From Rickettsiales bacterium (GTDB lineage: Bacteria; Pseudomonadota; Alphaproteobacteria; Rickettsiales; SXRF01): a DNA stretch of 64,000 bases. A program made the position numbers and the translations under genes. The notes beneath the pieces are model-generated. The model saw only the letters and a list, made by a program, of their open reading frames with translations, had not been told where the DNA came from and searched no databases. The DNA lies in contig JAWKXN010000001.1 in NCBI GenBank assembly GCA_041396965.1, positions 225,890 through 289,889 of the forward strand. The letters are read 5' to 3'. Position 1 is the stretch's first letter; each line of letters begins with the position of its first letter. Below, piece by piece: positions 9,620 through 20,019 of the stretch.

Positions 9620-11085
9620 ATATTTCACGATAAAAAATCAGCAAAAAATTTTGTTTTGTCCTGCTCACTGTCCAATTATTGTCCATTATCTTGATCCGAG
9701 GGCGGAACACGCCTTGAAATTTACCCCAGGCAGCAATATTTTTTGCGCCAATGCATGGAGTGCAAAATCCTGTATAGCTAAACAAGATGTTTGGCTGTGG
9801 GAGCATCCAGAAATGCAGCAAGAAATTCTGGAGCTGTCACGCGCAGTAAATCATGAAGGTTTTAATCATCTTGATAAAGCTCGGAAATGCCAAATCCTAA
9901 CTAATCGTGCGAATGCTCTAAATACCGCAGGGCGATTTATAGACGCCATTGAAGCATGGGATCATGCACTGCGTGTAATACCAAGATTTGCCATGGCTCA
10001 CGGCACAGAGGGCATGGGCTGAAATATTATGCTATGGCGCTATATGACCCCAGACATTGCGGTATTCTTTTTGTTACATGCAATGATGCATTTCAAGCAG
10101 CAGCAGGTGGATTGTATGACTCGGAATACCCGTCTGAGACTAAGCAGGCCTTTGTATCATCGGCAGAGCGTATAGCGCTTGCTGTTCCGCTCAATGACAT
10201 AAGAGCCAACCAAAATCTTGATAATTTCACCGGTAAAAGTAAGCACGAACAATCATAGGCGCTGGTGTTTGGAAGAACGACTGTTCCTGAATCCGCTCAA
10301 TGATCTAGGGATACACCCATTGCAGCACATGATGTTTTAACTCTTCCAGGCATTACAGAACATATCAACGCACGAAACAGCTCATATCATATGCCGCCGA
10401 TCATTGGATTTTATAACCAAATGAAACAAGAATTTGCCTGGCGCGTTACATGCTTTTGAAGGGTTACATAAGTCCGGTCCACATTTTCGGATCGCGATGT
10501 CCTGCCGTATAATACGCTGGATTATCCTTCCTATTCACTGGCTACAGAGCAAGTACGATTAAGCTATCGAGCCATTTATTCCATACTGATAAAATCGCGT
10601 TCTTTATCAATCGCTATTGGGAATTGGGGATGCGCCTTTAAAGACGTTAATTTCAAAAAGTATGGTACAGTAAAAATGAAATTTTGCATCTCGCTTTTAA
10701 CGCTTATGAAAATTGGCCGTTGTGCGGTTTATTTTGGCTGTCGAAAGAAATTTTTGATGAACAATTAAAGCAGAGTACAAATCCTATGCACGGGAGTTGC
10801 ATGAAATTCAAATCACTTAGAGCATAAATATCTTCAGGTTCATCAGGGATGGCTTCCGGATAGATCAGACAATGCCGATGGACGAATTTAGGAAAAGCAA
10901 TTTCAATAGATCAATTGGAAGCAAAAGCACTCCGCATAGCGAAAAATTGTAAGCTCCGCTCTTATTTATCTGTCTCTAGGAAAGAAAAACAGACTGTAGC
11001 AGGTGATGCAAGAATCAAAGTAGGAAGAAATGAACAATGCCCTTGTAGATCAGGCAAGAAATTCAAAAAATGCTGTGGACGTTAA
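9620..11085 (+). pseudogene. frameshifted TPR + LA2681-family HEPN + SEC-C motif protein
   Basis: Fragments stitched across frames: RRWCLEERLFLNPLNDLG, IAAHDVLTLP, FYNQMKQEF, YNTLDYPSYSL, N-H-L-E-H-K-Y-L (10811-10834) and a terminal KVGRNEQCPCRSGKKFKKCCGR* (stop 11083-11085). Many 1-bp deletions; start uncertain. Confidence 0.8.
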
Positions 11086-11230
11086 ATGTCATATATTACC
11101 GTAAGTAAGATTTTACCATAGTAATCTGGAATAGAAAAATCTTATTTCAAATGACCATATATTTACTGCTCTCATCCTTCTGAAACATAAAACACTAGAT
11201 TTCTCTCAGCGGATTTTTTTTATTTTGTTT

Positions 11231-11256
11231 GTAACTAATAATGTTGTATATACGAA
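11231..11256 (+). promoter_or_regulatory. SigF/ECF16-type promoter GTAACT-N16-CGAA upstream of the RiPP precursor
   Basis: gtaact aataatgttgtatata cgaa, ending 65 nt before the ATG at 11322; matches the Caulobacter sigmaF consensus GTAACC-N16-CGAA with one mismatch. Confidence 0.7.
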
Positions 11257-11321
11257 TTCGTAGTTATAACATTTTTATTACAGATGTTATTTTATCAACG
11301 ATCTTAATTTAGGAGATAATT

Positions 11322-11582
11322 ATGAAAAGCAACAAGAAACTTGCTATATCCGCGCTTGCCGGTCTTATGGCTATGGGTGCTATGGCTGTAAGTCCAGCGG
11401 TGGCTAATGATGGCGGTAAAGCATCTTGTAAAAATAAAAGTGGGTGTAAAGGTAAAGCCGCTGTAGAAAAAGCTAACTGCAAAACAGCGGATGGCAAAGA
11501 AAAGAATTCCTGCAAAGGTCAGGATACCGATGATAAGAACAAATGTAAGGGACATGACGCGTCTCATAAGGATGGCAAGTAA
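11322..11582 (+). CDS. secreted Cys-Lys-repeat RiPP precursor (bufferin/oxazolin-like metallophore precursor)
   Basis: AGGAG RBS; Sec signal ending AVA; mature part has five Cys, all in CK dipeptides (KASCK, SGCK, KANCK, KNSCK, KNKCK); directly upstream of the MNIO gene. Confidence 0.8.
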   Translation: MKSNKKLAISALAGLMAMGAMAVSPAVANDGGKASCKNKSGCKGKAAVEKANCKTADGKEKNSCKGQDTDDKNKCKGHDASHKDGK

Positions 11583-11614
11583 TAGCCAGTCAATCATTTG
11601 ATTATGATATATAG

Positions 11615-11641
11615 TGGCGGGGGCGGTTTTTGTCTCCGCCA
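11615..11641 (+). terminator. 10-bp stem-loop between precursor and maturase
   Basis: TGGCGGGGGC-ggttttt-GTCTCCGCCA (two G-U pairs), followed by a T-rich tract. Confidence 0.6.
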
Positions 11642-11677
11642 TTTGTTTATACTCATTTTGTATGATTTTTATTCATA

Positions 11678-13384
11678 ATGAATATAGAAATTATAGTAAT
11701 GAAAACAGATATAGAAAGATTGCCTAATCTCGGTTTTGGGCTTGGTCTTAGAGCCAAGCACTATCCATATATTCTTGAGCACAAGCCAAAAATTGACTGG
11801 TTTGAGATTATTTCCGAGAATTTTATGGATACTGACGGCAGACCAAAACGGAATTTATCACGTATCAAAGAGCATTATCCTATTGTGATGCATGGCGTGG
11901 CGATGTCCATAGGTACGGTTGATCCGCTTAATTCAGAATATTTGCGAAAATTAAAAGCTTTAATGGAGTGGGTAAAACCAGCTTGGATATCCGATCATTT
12001 ATGTTGGACGGGAGTGGCTCACAAAAACACACATGACCTTTTGCCGGTACCCTACACTGAAGAGGCGTTAAAGCACATAGTTCAGCGTATCAAAGAAGTT
12101 CAGGATTATTTGGAATGTAAGATCGCTCTTGAAAATCCCTCAACCTATCTTGAGTTCAAAACATCCCATATTCCTGAAGCGGAATTCATTGCCCGTATGG
12201 CGGAGGAATCCGACTGTAATCTTTTGCTAGATGTAAATAACGTCTATGTGACTTGCTATAATCATAGGCTTGATCCAAAAAAATATTTGGATAGCGTTCC
12301 TATAGATAAGGTTATTCAAATACATCTTTCAGGTCACACCAATAAGAATACACATATTATAGACACGCATGATGATCATGTAATAGATGAGGTGTGGAAT
12401 CTATATAAATACGTGGTATCCAAAGCCGGACGTGTGCCTAATACGATGGTAGAGTGGGATGATAATATACCGGAGTTTCCGGTATTAAACGCTGAGTTGG
12501 AAAAGGCGAGGGGGGCAGCCGAGAATTTCGCTGATTATACGCTTCCAGATTTAGCGCGAGAGAATATCCCACAGCTTGCGAATCGTAAAACATCTCTTAT
12601 TGAGGAACAGAAACACATGCAGCGCGCGGTCATGGAAGGTGGTAGTTTTGATAGCGATCCGACAAGCTGGATCCGTAGTAAGGAATCATTCGCGCCACAC
12701 GAGCAATTATCAGTGTATATTAACGCTTATCGTTATCGTCTGAATGACGTGGTCGTAGAGGACTATCCAGTATTAAAATATTATCTTGGTGAGAAACTAT
12801 TTGAGGATACGGTGTGGGATTTTGTAAATACAGCACGACCTGATAATTTTAATATCGCGCGCTACGCGGCGAAGTTTCCAGAGTTTGTGGGTAAAAATAT
12901 TTCAGATGATATATTCGCTTATGAGTTATGTCAGTTGGAGACTGCCATAACGCAACTTGCTGATTGTGCTGAGACCGAAGTTTTAGAACAGAAACATCTT
13001 ACGGGTATGACACCGGAAAAATTAATGGAATCAGTTTTATATCCAAGAAAAGCTTTGCGACTTTTCGCTTTTGCTCATCAGGTAAATGCCTATTATCAGG
13101 CGGTAATGGATGATGAAGAGCCTGAGTCTTTCATTTTAGGAAATAGCCATGTCGCCGTTTTTCGCCATGAGGATTCTATGTGGCGTATGGATTTGGAAGA
13201 GCAAGAATATAACCTGTTAAAAAAATTGTTTAGCGGCGCAAAAGTCGGAGAGGCGTTAGATAACGTGGATGAATCCGCTGGCGATAAACTTGCGGAATGG
13301 TTTTCACGGTGGATAAATAATGGGTTGCTCGCAAGTCATGAATCTATGAATGATCAAGAAAAACATATACATGAAACAGCGTAA
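11678..13384 (+). CDS. fused multinuclear non-heme iron oxidase (DUF692/MNIO, BufB-like) + DUF2063 partner domain (BufC/HvfC-like)
   Basis: N-terminal half: [56 protein letters not shown]-terminal half: [12 protein letters not shown]...[11 protein letters not shown]. The ATG at 11699 is the likely start. Confidence 0.9.
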   Translation: MNIEIIVMKTDIERLPNLGFGLGLRAKHYPYILEHKPKIDWFEIISENFMDTDGRPKRNLSRIKEHYPIVMHGVAMSIGTVDPLNSEYLRKLKALMEWVKPAWISDHLCWTGVAHKNTHDLLPVPYTEEALKHIVQRIKEVQDYLECKIALENPSTYLEFKTSHIPEAEFIARMAEESDCNLLLDVNNVYVTCYNHRLDPKKYLDSVPIDKVIQIHLSGHTNKNTHIIDTHDDHVIDEVWNLYKYVVSKAGRVPNTMVEWDDNIPEFPVLNAELEKARGAAENFADYTLPDLARENIPQLANRKTSLIEEQKHMQRAVMEGGSFDSDPTSWIRSKESFAPHEQLSVYINAYRYRLNDVVVEDYPVLKYYLGEKLFEDTVWDFVNTARPDNFNIARYAAKFPEFVGKNISDDIFAYELCQLETAITQLADCAETEVLEQKHLTGMTPEKLMESVLYPRKALRLFAFAHQVNAYYQAVMDDEEPESFILGNSHVAVFRHEDSMWRMDLEEQEYNLLKKLFSGAKVGEALDNVDESAGDKLAEWFSRWINNGLLASHESMNDQEKHIHETA

Positions 13385-13426
13385 TGTGCTTAATTAGAGG
13401 CGGTATATACTAATAAGACGGACGAT

Positions 13427-14335
13427 TTGTATATGGGACATGGTCACGATCATGGAGAAAAAGACATGGCTGATGGGCGGCTTATTGCCGCTGTTGGCAT
13501 AAATCTTCTGCTCACGATAGCGCAGGTGATTGGCGGTATAATTTCTGGCAGCCTCTCACTTGTCGCCGACGCTCTTCATAATTTTAGTGACGCGGCTTCT
13601 TTGGTAATAGCGCTTTTCGCGCGTAAAATAGGACGCAAGCCACCTGATGAGCTTAGAACATTCGGGTATAAAAGAGCGGAAATTATAGCTGCTCTTATCA
13701 ATCTGGTGACTTTAGTTATTGTTGGTGTTTATCTTATATATGAAGCTCTGTGGCGTTTTTTTAAGCCAGAGATGGTAGAGGGATGGTTGGTTATAATAGT
13801 CGCTTCCATCGCTTTGATTATAGATGTGGTAACCGCCATTCTTACTTATAATATGTCAAAGAATAGCGTAAATATGAAAGCGGCGTTTTTGCATAATCTT
13901 TCGGACGCTTTATCATCGATATGTGTTATAATAGCCGGAAGTTTAATTATACTTTACGACTGGTACTGGGTAGATAGCTTCTTAACCTTGCTGATCGCTG
14001 GATATGTGTTGTATCAAGGTTTTAGCATGTTGCCATCTACCATTCATTTGCTTATGGAAGGTACTCCAGCTCATCTATCAATAAGTAAGGTAATATCAGC
14101 TATGGAAGAAATAGAGGGGGTTGATAGCGTACATCACGTACATGTTTGGCAGTTGGATGAACATCATAACGCGCTGGAAGCTCACATTGTAAGTGGCGTT
14201 ACTCAGATAAGCGAGATAGAGAAAATAAAAACAAGTCTTAAATCCATGCTTAAAGATAATTTTTCAGTTGGGCACTCAACATTAGAGTTTGAGCATGCTA
14301 ATAACACTGATTGTCAGTATAGTAACTTACGGTAA
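13427..14335 (+). CDS. cation diffusion facilitator (CzcD-like Co/Zn/Cd exporter)
   Basis: His-rich N-terminus GHGHDH, SLSLVADALHNFSD, TFGYKRAE, AFLHNLSD and HHVHVWQL. The ATG at 13433 is the likely start. Confidence 0.93.
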   Translation: MYMGHGHDHGEKDMADGRLIAAVGINLLLTIAQVIGGIISGSLSLVADALHNFSDAASLVIALFARKIGRKPPDELRTFGYKRAEIIAALINLVTLVIVGVYLIYEALWRFFKPEMVEGWLVIIVASIALIIDVVTAILTYNMSKNSVNMKAAFLHNLSDALSSICVIIAGSLIILYDWYWVDSFLTLLIAGYVLYQGFSMLPSTIHLLMEGTPAHLSISKVISAMEEIEGVDSVHHVHVWQLDEHHNALEAHIVSGVTQISEIEKIKTSLKSMLKDNFSVGHSTLEFEHANNTDCQYSNLR

Positions 14336-14361
14336 AGTTAACGCGAATAACTATAACATGG

Positions 14362-15582
14362 TTGTTTATGGAAAAAACTAAAGAGAAGACAAAAGCTGGG
14401 CATAGAGAGTTTGTCATGCTTATGGCGGTACTTATGTCGGTAGTGGCGATTTCTATAGACGCTATGCTGCCAGCGCTTGGCTTTATCAGAGACGATCTAG
14501 GTGTATCCCATCCTAATCATGGGCAATATATAGTTGGGATTATTTTTGCTGGAATGGCAATCGGACAGCTTATTAATGGAGTACTTTCTGACGCTTTTGG
14601 ACGGAAAAAAATTCTTTATGTAAGCCTCACTATGTATTTTATCGGAAGTATAATCTGTGTTTTCGCGAATAGCCTTAGTATAATGCTCGTCGGGCGCTTC
14701 ATACAAGGTATAGGTGTTTCTGGGCCTTATATATCGGTCATGTCCATAATCCGTGATCGTTATAGTGGGCGTGAGATGGCACGTATTATGTCGCTGGTTC
14801 TTACCATATTTATCATGATACCTGTGATCGCTCCCGCTGTTGGACAGTTGATATTATTTTTTGCCTCATGGCGGTATATTTTTGTCATGTATGTAATTTA
14901 CTCTATATCAGTTGGGCTGTGGGTATATTTTAGGCTAGAGGAAACTCTAATACCAGAAAATCGTGTGCCGTGTCGTATTGCTAACATTACTCATGGAGTG
15001 AAGACCGTATTGTCAAACCGCGTAACACTATGTTATACGCTCGCTCTTGGTTGTATATTTGGCGCGCTTAACGGTGAGCTTAATTCAGTTCAGCAGATTT
15101 TTCAGGTGCAGTACAAGGTGGGCGATATGTTTGCTGTGTATTTTGGACTACAGGCTTTAGCCTTTGGCGCGGCTTCCTTTGTGAATTACCGGTTAGTTGA
15201 TCGTTTTGGTATGCGTTACCTATGTATTTTCGCCACCAGCTTTATTGTTTTTATATCTTTATCTTTTCTAATATTAATAGCTATAACAGATGCTACGTTC
15301 ATTATGTACTTTTTATATGGCATGTTTTTGTTGTTTAGCATTGGTATTTTGTTCGGCAATCTCAACGCTATCGCTATGGAACCAATGGGTCATATAGCTG
15401 GTATGGCATCCGCTATTATTGGGTGTATATCAACAATTATCGGCATATTATTTGGAACAGTGATAGGTCAGATGTACGACGGAAGTCTTACTCCTATTAT
15501 CGCTGGGTTTTTTGTTATGGGAAATATTGCTTTAATTATTATGCTGTATGAGAATAGAAAAGAGAAAATTCTTATAAGGTAG
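14362..15582 (+). CDS. Bcr/CflA family MFS efflux transporter
   Basis: AISIDAMLPAL, GVLSDAFGRK, RDRYSGREMARIMS and GNLNAIAMEPMGHIAG. Confidence 0.92.
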   Translation: MFMEKTKEKTKAGHREFVMLMAVLMSVVAISIDAMLPALGFIRDDLGVSHPNHGQYIVGIIFAGMAIGQLINGVLSDAFGRKKILYVSLTMYFIGSIICVFANSLSIMLVGRFIQGIGVSGPYISVMSIIRDRYSGREMARIMSLVLTIFIMIPVIAPAVGQLILFFASWRYIFVMYVIYSISVGLWVYFRLEETLIPENRVPCRIANITHGVKTVLSNRVTLCYTLALGCIFGALNGELNSVQQIFQVQYKVGDMFAVYFGLQALAFGAASFVNYRLVDRFGMRYLCIFATSFIVFISLSFLILIAITDATFIMYFLYGMFLLFSIGILFGNLNAIAMEPMGHIAGMASAIIGCISTIIGILFGTVIGQMYDGSLTPIIAGFFVMGNIALIIMLYENRKEKILIR

Positions 15583-15592
15583 AAAGTATTAT

Positions 15593-16300
15593 ATGAATAA
15601 AAGCTTTATAACTAATTTTATAGCGCTCCTAATTACAGTCGGTGGTTATTTTTCTCCAGTGTATTCTGAGATAATCATGATGACTGGCCTGTTCGCTCTG
15701 TCTGGCGGTATCACAAACTGGATCGCTATTTATATGCTATTTGAAAAAGTACCGTTTCTTTATGGCTCAGGAGTCATACCAAAGCGTTTCGATGAATTTA
15801 AGGCTGGTATTAAACAGCTTATAATACAGGAGTTTTTCGCTCGTGAGCATATTGAGCGTTTTTTCCAACAGGTAAGTGGTAACTCAGCGGAGATAATATC
15901 TGATAAGATAGATTTTGAACGTGTGTTTTCTTCTATCGTGGAGGCGATTGAGGAGTCTCCCCTTGGTGGCATGCTTGGTATGCTTGGTGGAAAATCCGCT
16001 TTAGAACCTCTTAAAGAACCAGTCATAAAAAAACTAAAAGAAATAGTCACTGAACTGGCTGCTGGTGGTAATAAAAAAGATAGTGGTGACCAAGCCGGAA
16101 ATGATTTTACCTCATCGCTTATCTCTCAAGTTGAGAAGATTATTGATAATCGTCTAAGTGAGCTAACACCGCAAAAAGTAAAAGAGATAATTCAAAACAT
16201 GATCCGCAAACATCTTGGCTGGTTGGTAGTATGGGGAGGCGTGTTTGGAGGACTTATCGGTTTCGTGGTAAGTATCAGCGAGATGGGTGTTTTTCAATAA
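15593..16300 (+). CDS. DUF445 family membrane-anchored protein
   Basis: GLFALSGGITNWIAIYMLFEKVP and HLGWLVVWGGVFGGLIG termini. Confidence 0.85.
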   Translation: MNKSFITNFIALLITVGGYFSPVYSEIIMMTGLFALSGGITNWIAIYMLFEKVPFLYGSGVIPKRFDEFKAGIKQLIIQEFFAREHIERFFQQVSGNSAEIISDKIDFERVFSSIVEAIEESPLGGMLGMLGGKSALEPLKEPVIKKLKEIVTELAAGGNKKDSGDQAGNDFTSSLISQVEKIIDNRLSELTPQKVKEIIQNMIRKHLGWLVVWGGVFGGLIGFVVSISEMGVFQ

Positions 16301-16464
16301 TATACTACTGTGTTTCATGTCTAAATATACTGGTGAGGGCTAGTAGGCAAATTCAGAACCTCGGTGGATGATAAATTTCTGATTTATAGTGTAAAGAAAA
16401 AATTTCTACGGCCAAAATTACCTAACTAAAGAAGTGTTAGTAGGTTCGGACAACGCTAGATAGA

Positions 16465-16596
16465 ATGCCTTTGAACCTTACCGCCCGCATATTGACCGAT
16501 TTGATTTGACTGAGGAGCAGAAGATCGAATTGGTGAAGCTATACACCATATTGCACATTTGGTTTTGACAAGAAGTTTGGCATGTTACAAAATTAG
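16465..16596 (+). pseudogene. frameshifted paralog of the 18083 leader ORF
   Basis: FEPYRPHIDRFDLTEEQKIELV versus LEPYRPHIDNFDLTEEQKLELL at 18083. Confidence 0.75.
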
Positions 16597-16614
16597 GATA
16601 AGTAGGACAACTTC

Positions 16615-17795
16615 CTAGAAATCCATATTTGTTGAGCGGTCGAATTGGACCACATAAATAATCAAGAAAATCTTCCATATCTTTAGTGGATTGCATAGCC
16701 TTTTCATAAGTTCCATCTGAGGCCATGGGCAGTATCAAAGGCAAATCGCTTTCTTTGAATATACAGTTTTGCAGGCTCTCTACAATTGCCCCATGAAATG
16801 GAGATGAAGTCCTGAATTGATTTAATTGCATTTGATTCATCAAATGCAACTTCACCACTTAGAGTAAAAATACTTCTCTTTTTGATGCTCCAATAAAACT
16901 GGTACGGCTCCAGGAATGGAAGCTAAAAGCCTCGCCTTGCTTCCCAAATGAACCATGTGCCATAAAATTTCTAAGCTGGCGTCTAATAGAAATCAGAATA
17001 TCGAAATGTTTTTTTGTAACTTTGTCATTTACATCAAATGCTGTTTTGAATTTCTCTCCCCAATCTTTACCCGCCAATGCAGCAACTTCAGAGCCAGTCG
17101 ACAGCTTTCCCTCAAGAATAGCGATATGTATGAAAATATGCTCAGTCCAACTGAAGAATGCATCAATAGCAGCTTGGGCCAACCACTTGGATTTTTTTCG
17201 AAGTTCCCATGCAGGATAAGTGTAGGATTTAGCATTTTTAGATAGCTCTGTGATTATACATTCATCACGCCTATCAATGGCTTCTTGATGCATTTCTTCA
17301 TATGCATTAACGAAATATTCGTAACGGCTAAATAGTTCACGGCTATGGTCTACAACATTTAAGTTTGAATCTTGTATAGCCTGTTCGGCTTTCCACTTAA
17401 AAAAACGGTTTTGCAGCTTTTACGGATTTATGGGGATTAATTTTACAATTTCTTTTGCTTGAACCTCTTGGTTTTTTGCATCATGCGCAAAAACACCTAA
17501 CCCAAACTTCCGATGCTCTATCAAAAAGCAGTACCTCGTAATCTATTGAATAGACCATGCAATTTTCTGAATTTTCCAATATTTTTAAAGCCTAGCAACT
17601 CAACTAACAAAAAAATATACAAGATAGTATGGAGGCAAGGAGCGGCCTGCGTCTGTCCTTTGAGCATTAAACAAGAATTGTTTATCTGCCTTGGTATTAT
17701 CATCTGCGGGTTTAATACTACCAATGGCCTTTAATGCCTTTTTCTCTTATTGGCACTAATTCCAAGGGGAGGTTGTTTTTATCATCTTTAGCCAT
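16615..17795 (-). pseudogene. frameshifted ~390-aa protein with a HEPN-like RxxxxH motif
   Basis: Stitched reading MAKDDKNNLPLELVP...LLVELLGFKNIGKF/EKIAWSIPIDY.G/AFLIEHRKFGLGVF...MHQEAIDRR...RQLRNFMAHG (16955-16972)...QFDRSTNMDF*; several 1-bp deletions. Confidence 0.7.
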
Positions 17796-17796
17796 A

Positions 17797-17949
17797 GGCG
17801 AGTCGAACCATCAAATTCTTGATTATATTAGAGAATAGCAGGTAGAGATAAAATGTAAGCTAAAAACTTAAGAAAACAAGCGAGCTTTCAAACCGCATCA
17901 AGTTCTTATCTATCAATTGTCTTGGAGAAATGATAGAAAGTTATGGTGG
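17797..17949 (+). pseudogene. highly degenerate remnant of a recombinase C-terminus
   Basis: ggcgagtcgaac ~ ggagagttcgaac; RIAGRDKM ~ RMAFTDKL; FQTA ~ FRTA when compared with the 19005 ORF tail. Confidence 0.5.
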
Positions 17950-18082
17950 AGCATCGGCGATCTTATGCAAACCAAATGCTTTTGTGATGTGATTGGTGGA
18001 TGATTTTTGAACAGCACACCAGCCAGGAAATAACTTGCTAGTTCTCGGAAAGGAAGGTGTTAGCTCAAAAAGGAGCTGACTT

Positions 18083-18235
18083 ATGAAAATCACCGACCTC
18101 GAACCTTATCGTCCGCACATTGACAACTTCGACCTAACCGAAGAGCAGAAGCTGGAGTTATTGAATACACTGGCTGAAATAGCGGACAAGATTATAGAGA
18201 GGAGATTTAAATCTTTTGAGCAAAAAGAAAAATAG
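18083..18235 (+). CDS. 50-aa leader protein of the integrative element (below the ORF-track cutoff)
   Basis: AGGAG RBS; MKITDLEPYRPHIDNFDLTEEQKLELLNTLAEIADKIIERRFKSFEQKEK*; paralog remnant at 16465. Confidence 0.7.
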   Translation: MKITDLEPYRPHIDNFDLTEEQKLELLNTLAEIADKIIERRFKSFEQKEK

Positions 18236-18808
18236 CTAGATATTTTTACGTAAGTCATAAAATTTGGATGGTTCTCCACTATCTAACTCTGCATCAATAA
18301 AATATCTTGTTTCTTTTTCGGTTTCAAAAACTTGATTTCTGCATTCGTCAAAATAATCACGCTCTGTTGAAAGTTCTTCTTCTTGATCGACCTTCCAACT
18401 ATGATCAAAGTAGCTGGCAATCATATACAGGCAGAATAGTGCTGTAATAGTTCCAGCAACTCCATAACTATCATAGACCGGATGGTAGATTAGAATAGCC
18501 AATACAGCTGCTGCCAATCGAGCTTTTGGTCCTTTGTATTTCGCCTTATTCAGCTCTTTTCGCGCATCATGCAAATTTAACTTCGCATTATCGATAAAGG
18601 CCTTTGAGAGAGCTATTCGTAAGCTTCAATTAACTTTTTACGCTCTTCAACATTGGGGTAAGAAGTAAGTCTCTCTGATTTGTTCAATTTCGCTCGCATA
18701 AGGGTACTCAGTTTTCAGGCCATCAATACCAGCGGCAGCTTCTGTCTTTTGTATTTCAGAGGCGATTTCTTCGAGGTGTTTTTCAAGTTGTGATCTACGC
18801 ATTTTCAT
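18236..18808 (-). pseudogene. cargo membrane protein split by one 1-bp deletion (~18615)
   Basis: The upstream frame MKMRRSQLEKHLEE...EAYE joins (I)ALSKAFIDNAKLNLHDARKELNK... if one A is restored; two TM segments in the 3' part. Confidence 0.65.
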
Positions 18809-19004
18809 CTACCTTAAACCGAGTTATAAAGAAATCATGTTTTTATCATGAATATTAATTGGAAAATGCTGTTCAGCAGACATCCAACTTTCTCCACGAA
18901 ACTCACTCATATTACTTCCTAAATATAGGATAACCTTTTGGATATCAACGGATTATAATGCTGCTATCTGTATATGTACCATTATAACAGGGAATATACT
19001 GCGT

Positions 19005-19532
<528 letters not shown>

Positions 19533-19670
19533 TACAAACCACACTAATTATGTGCGTAGCGTATAAACAATGAAGGAAATGAGTTTTTAAGGCTCATTAT
19601 GTTAAAAGTCAATGTTTTTAAGGATTTATAGTGATTTAAGAGAATTATCATCTGAATGACTATGACGTTA

Positions 19671-20004
19671 TTATCCAAAAGACAAGGTTTTCCGCAGCGA
19701 AGCAAGCATAAAACTGAACAAAGTACGACCAGCAGTTCGCGCGAGCCTTCAGCCTTTCCATATACCTCATGTGCCGCCAGTAGGCGGCACGAGCCCTCAG
19801 CAATGCCTAATGAGATTTTCAGTAGAAAATCTCGGAAGGCAAATATCATAAACTACCACTAGAGGGAGAGGGGATATTCATGAAAAATGAGGAACAAGAA
19901 GCACAGCCAGTAGGCAGCATGAACCTTCAGCTATGTCGCATCCGCCTTTGCGCTTGCGCGCTACGGCGAGACAAGTGTGAAAGACAGTAGGCTTTCACGG
20001 GGAC
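19671..20004. repeat. mosaic of palindromic repeats (partial family B, three family A hairpin units, one inserted REP-like unit)
   Basis: Partial copy of 30908-31025; gtgccgcc-agta-ggcggcac hairpin with related units at ~19723 and ~19901; 19896-20004 matches 5730-5803. Confidence 0.75.
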
Positions 20005-20019
20005 GGGGGAAAATCTGTA

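Larger units (their letters stand above)
16331..17949. mobile_element. decayed tRNA-Ile mini-element, unit 1 (older, distal)
   Basis: Left junction TGGTGA at 16331; leader-ORF remnant at 16465; cargo pseudogene; recombinase-tail remnant at 17797-17949 ending in ATGGTGG, which repeats the tRNA-Ile end at 19431-19437. Confidence 0.55.

Noticed and set aside
19544-19862. ORFs 19544-19849 (-) and 19656-19862 (+)
   Set aside because: They overlap repeat mosaics, lack motifs and an RBS, and are probably spurious.
19671-20004. Possible riboswitch or self-cleaving ribozyme in the structured intergenic region (also 5730-5803)
   Set aside because: I could not match the core motifs of the c-di-GMP, fluoride, cobalamin, TPP or hammerhead families; it is better explained as palindromic repeats. 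An Rfam cmscan would settle it.
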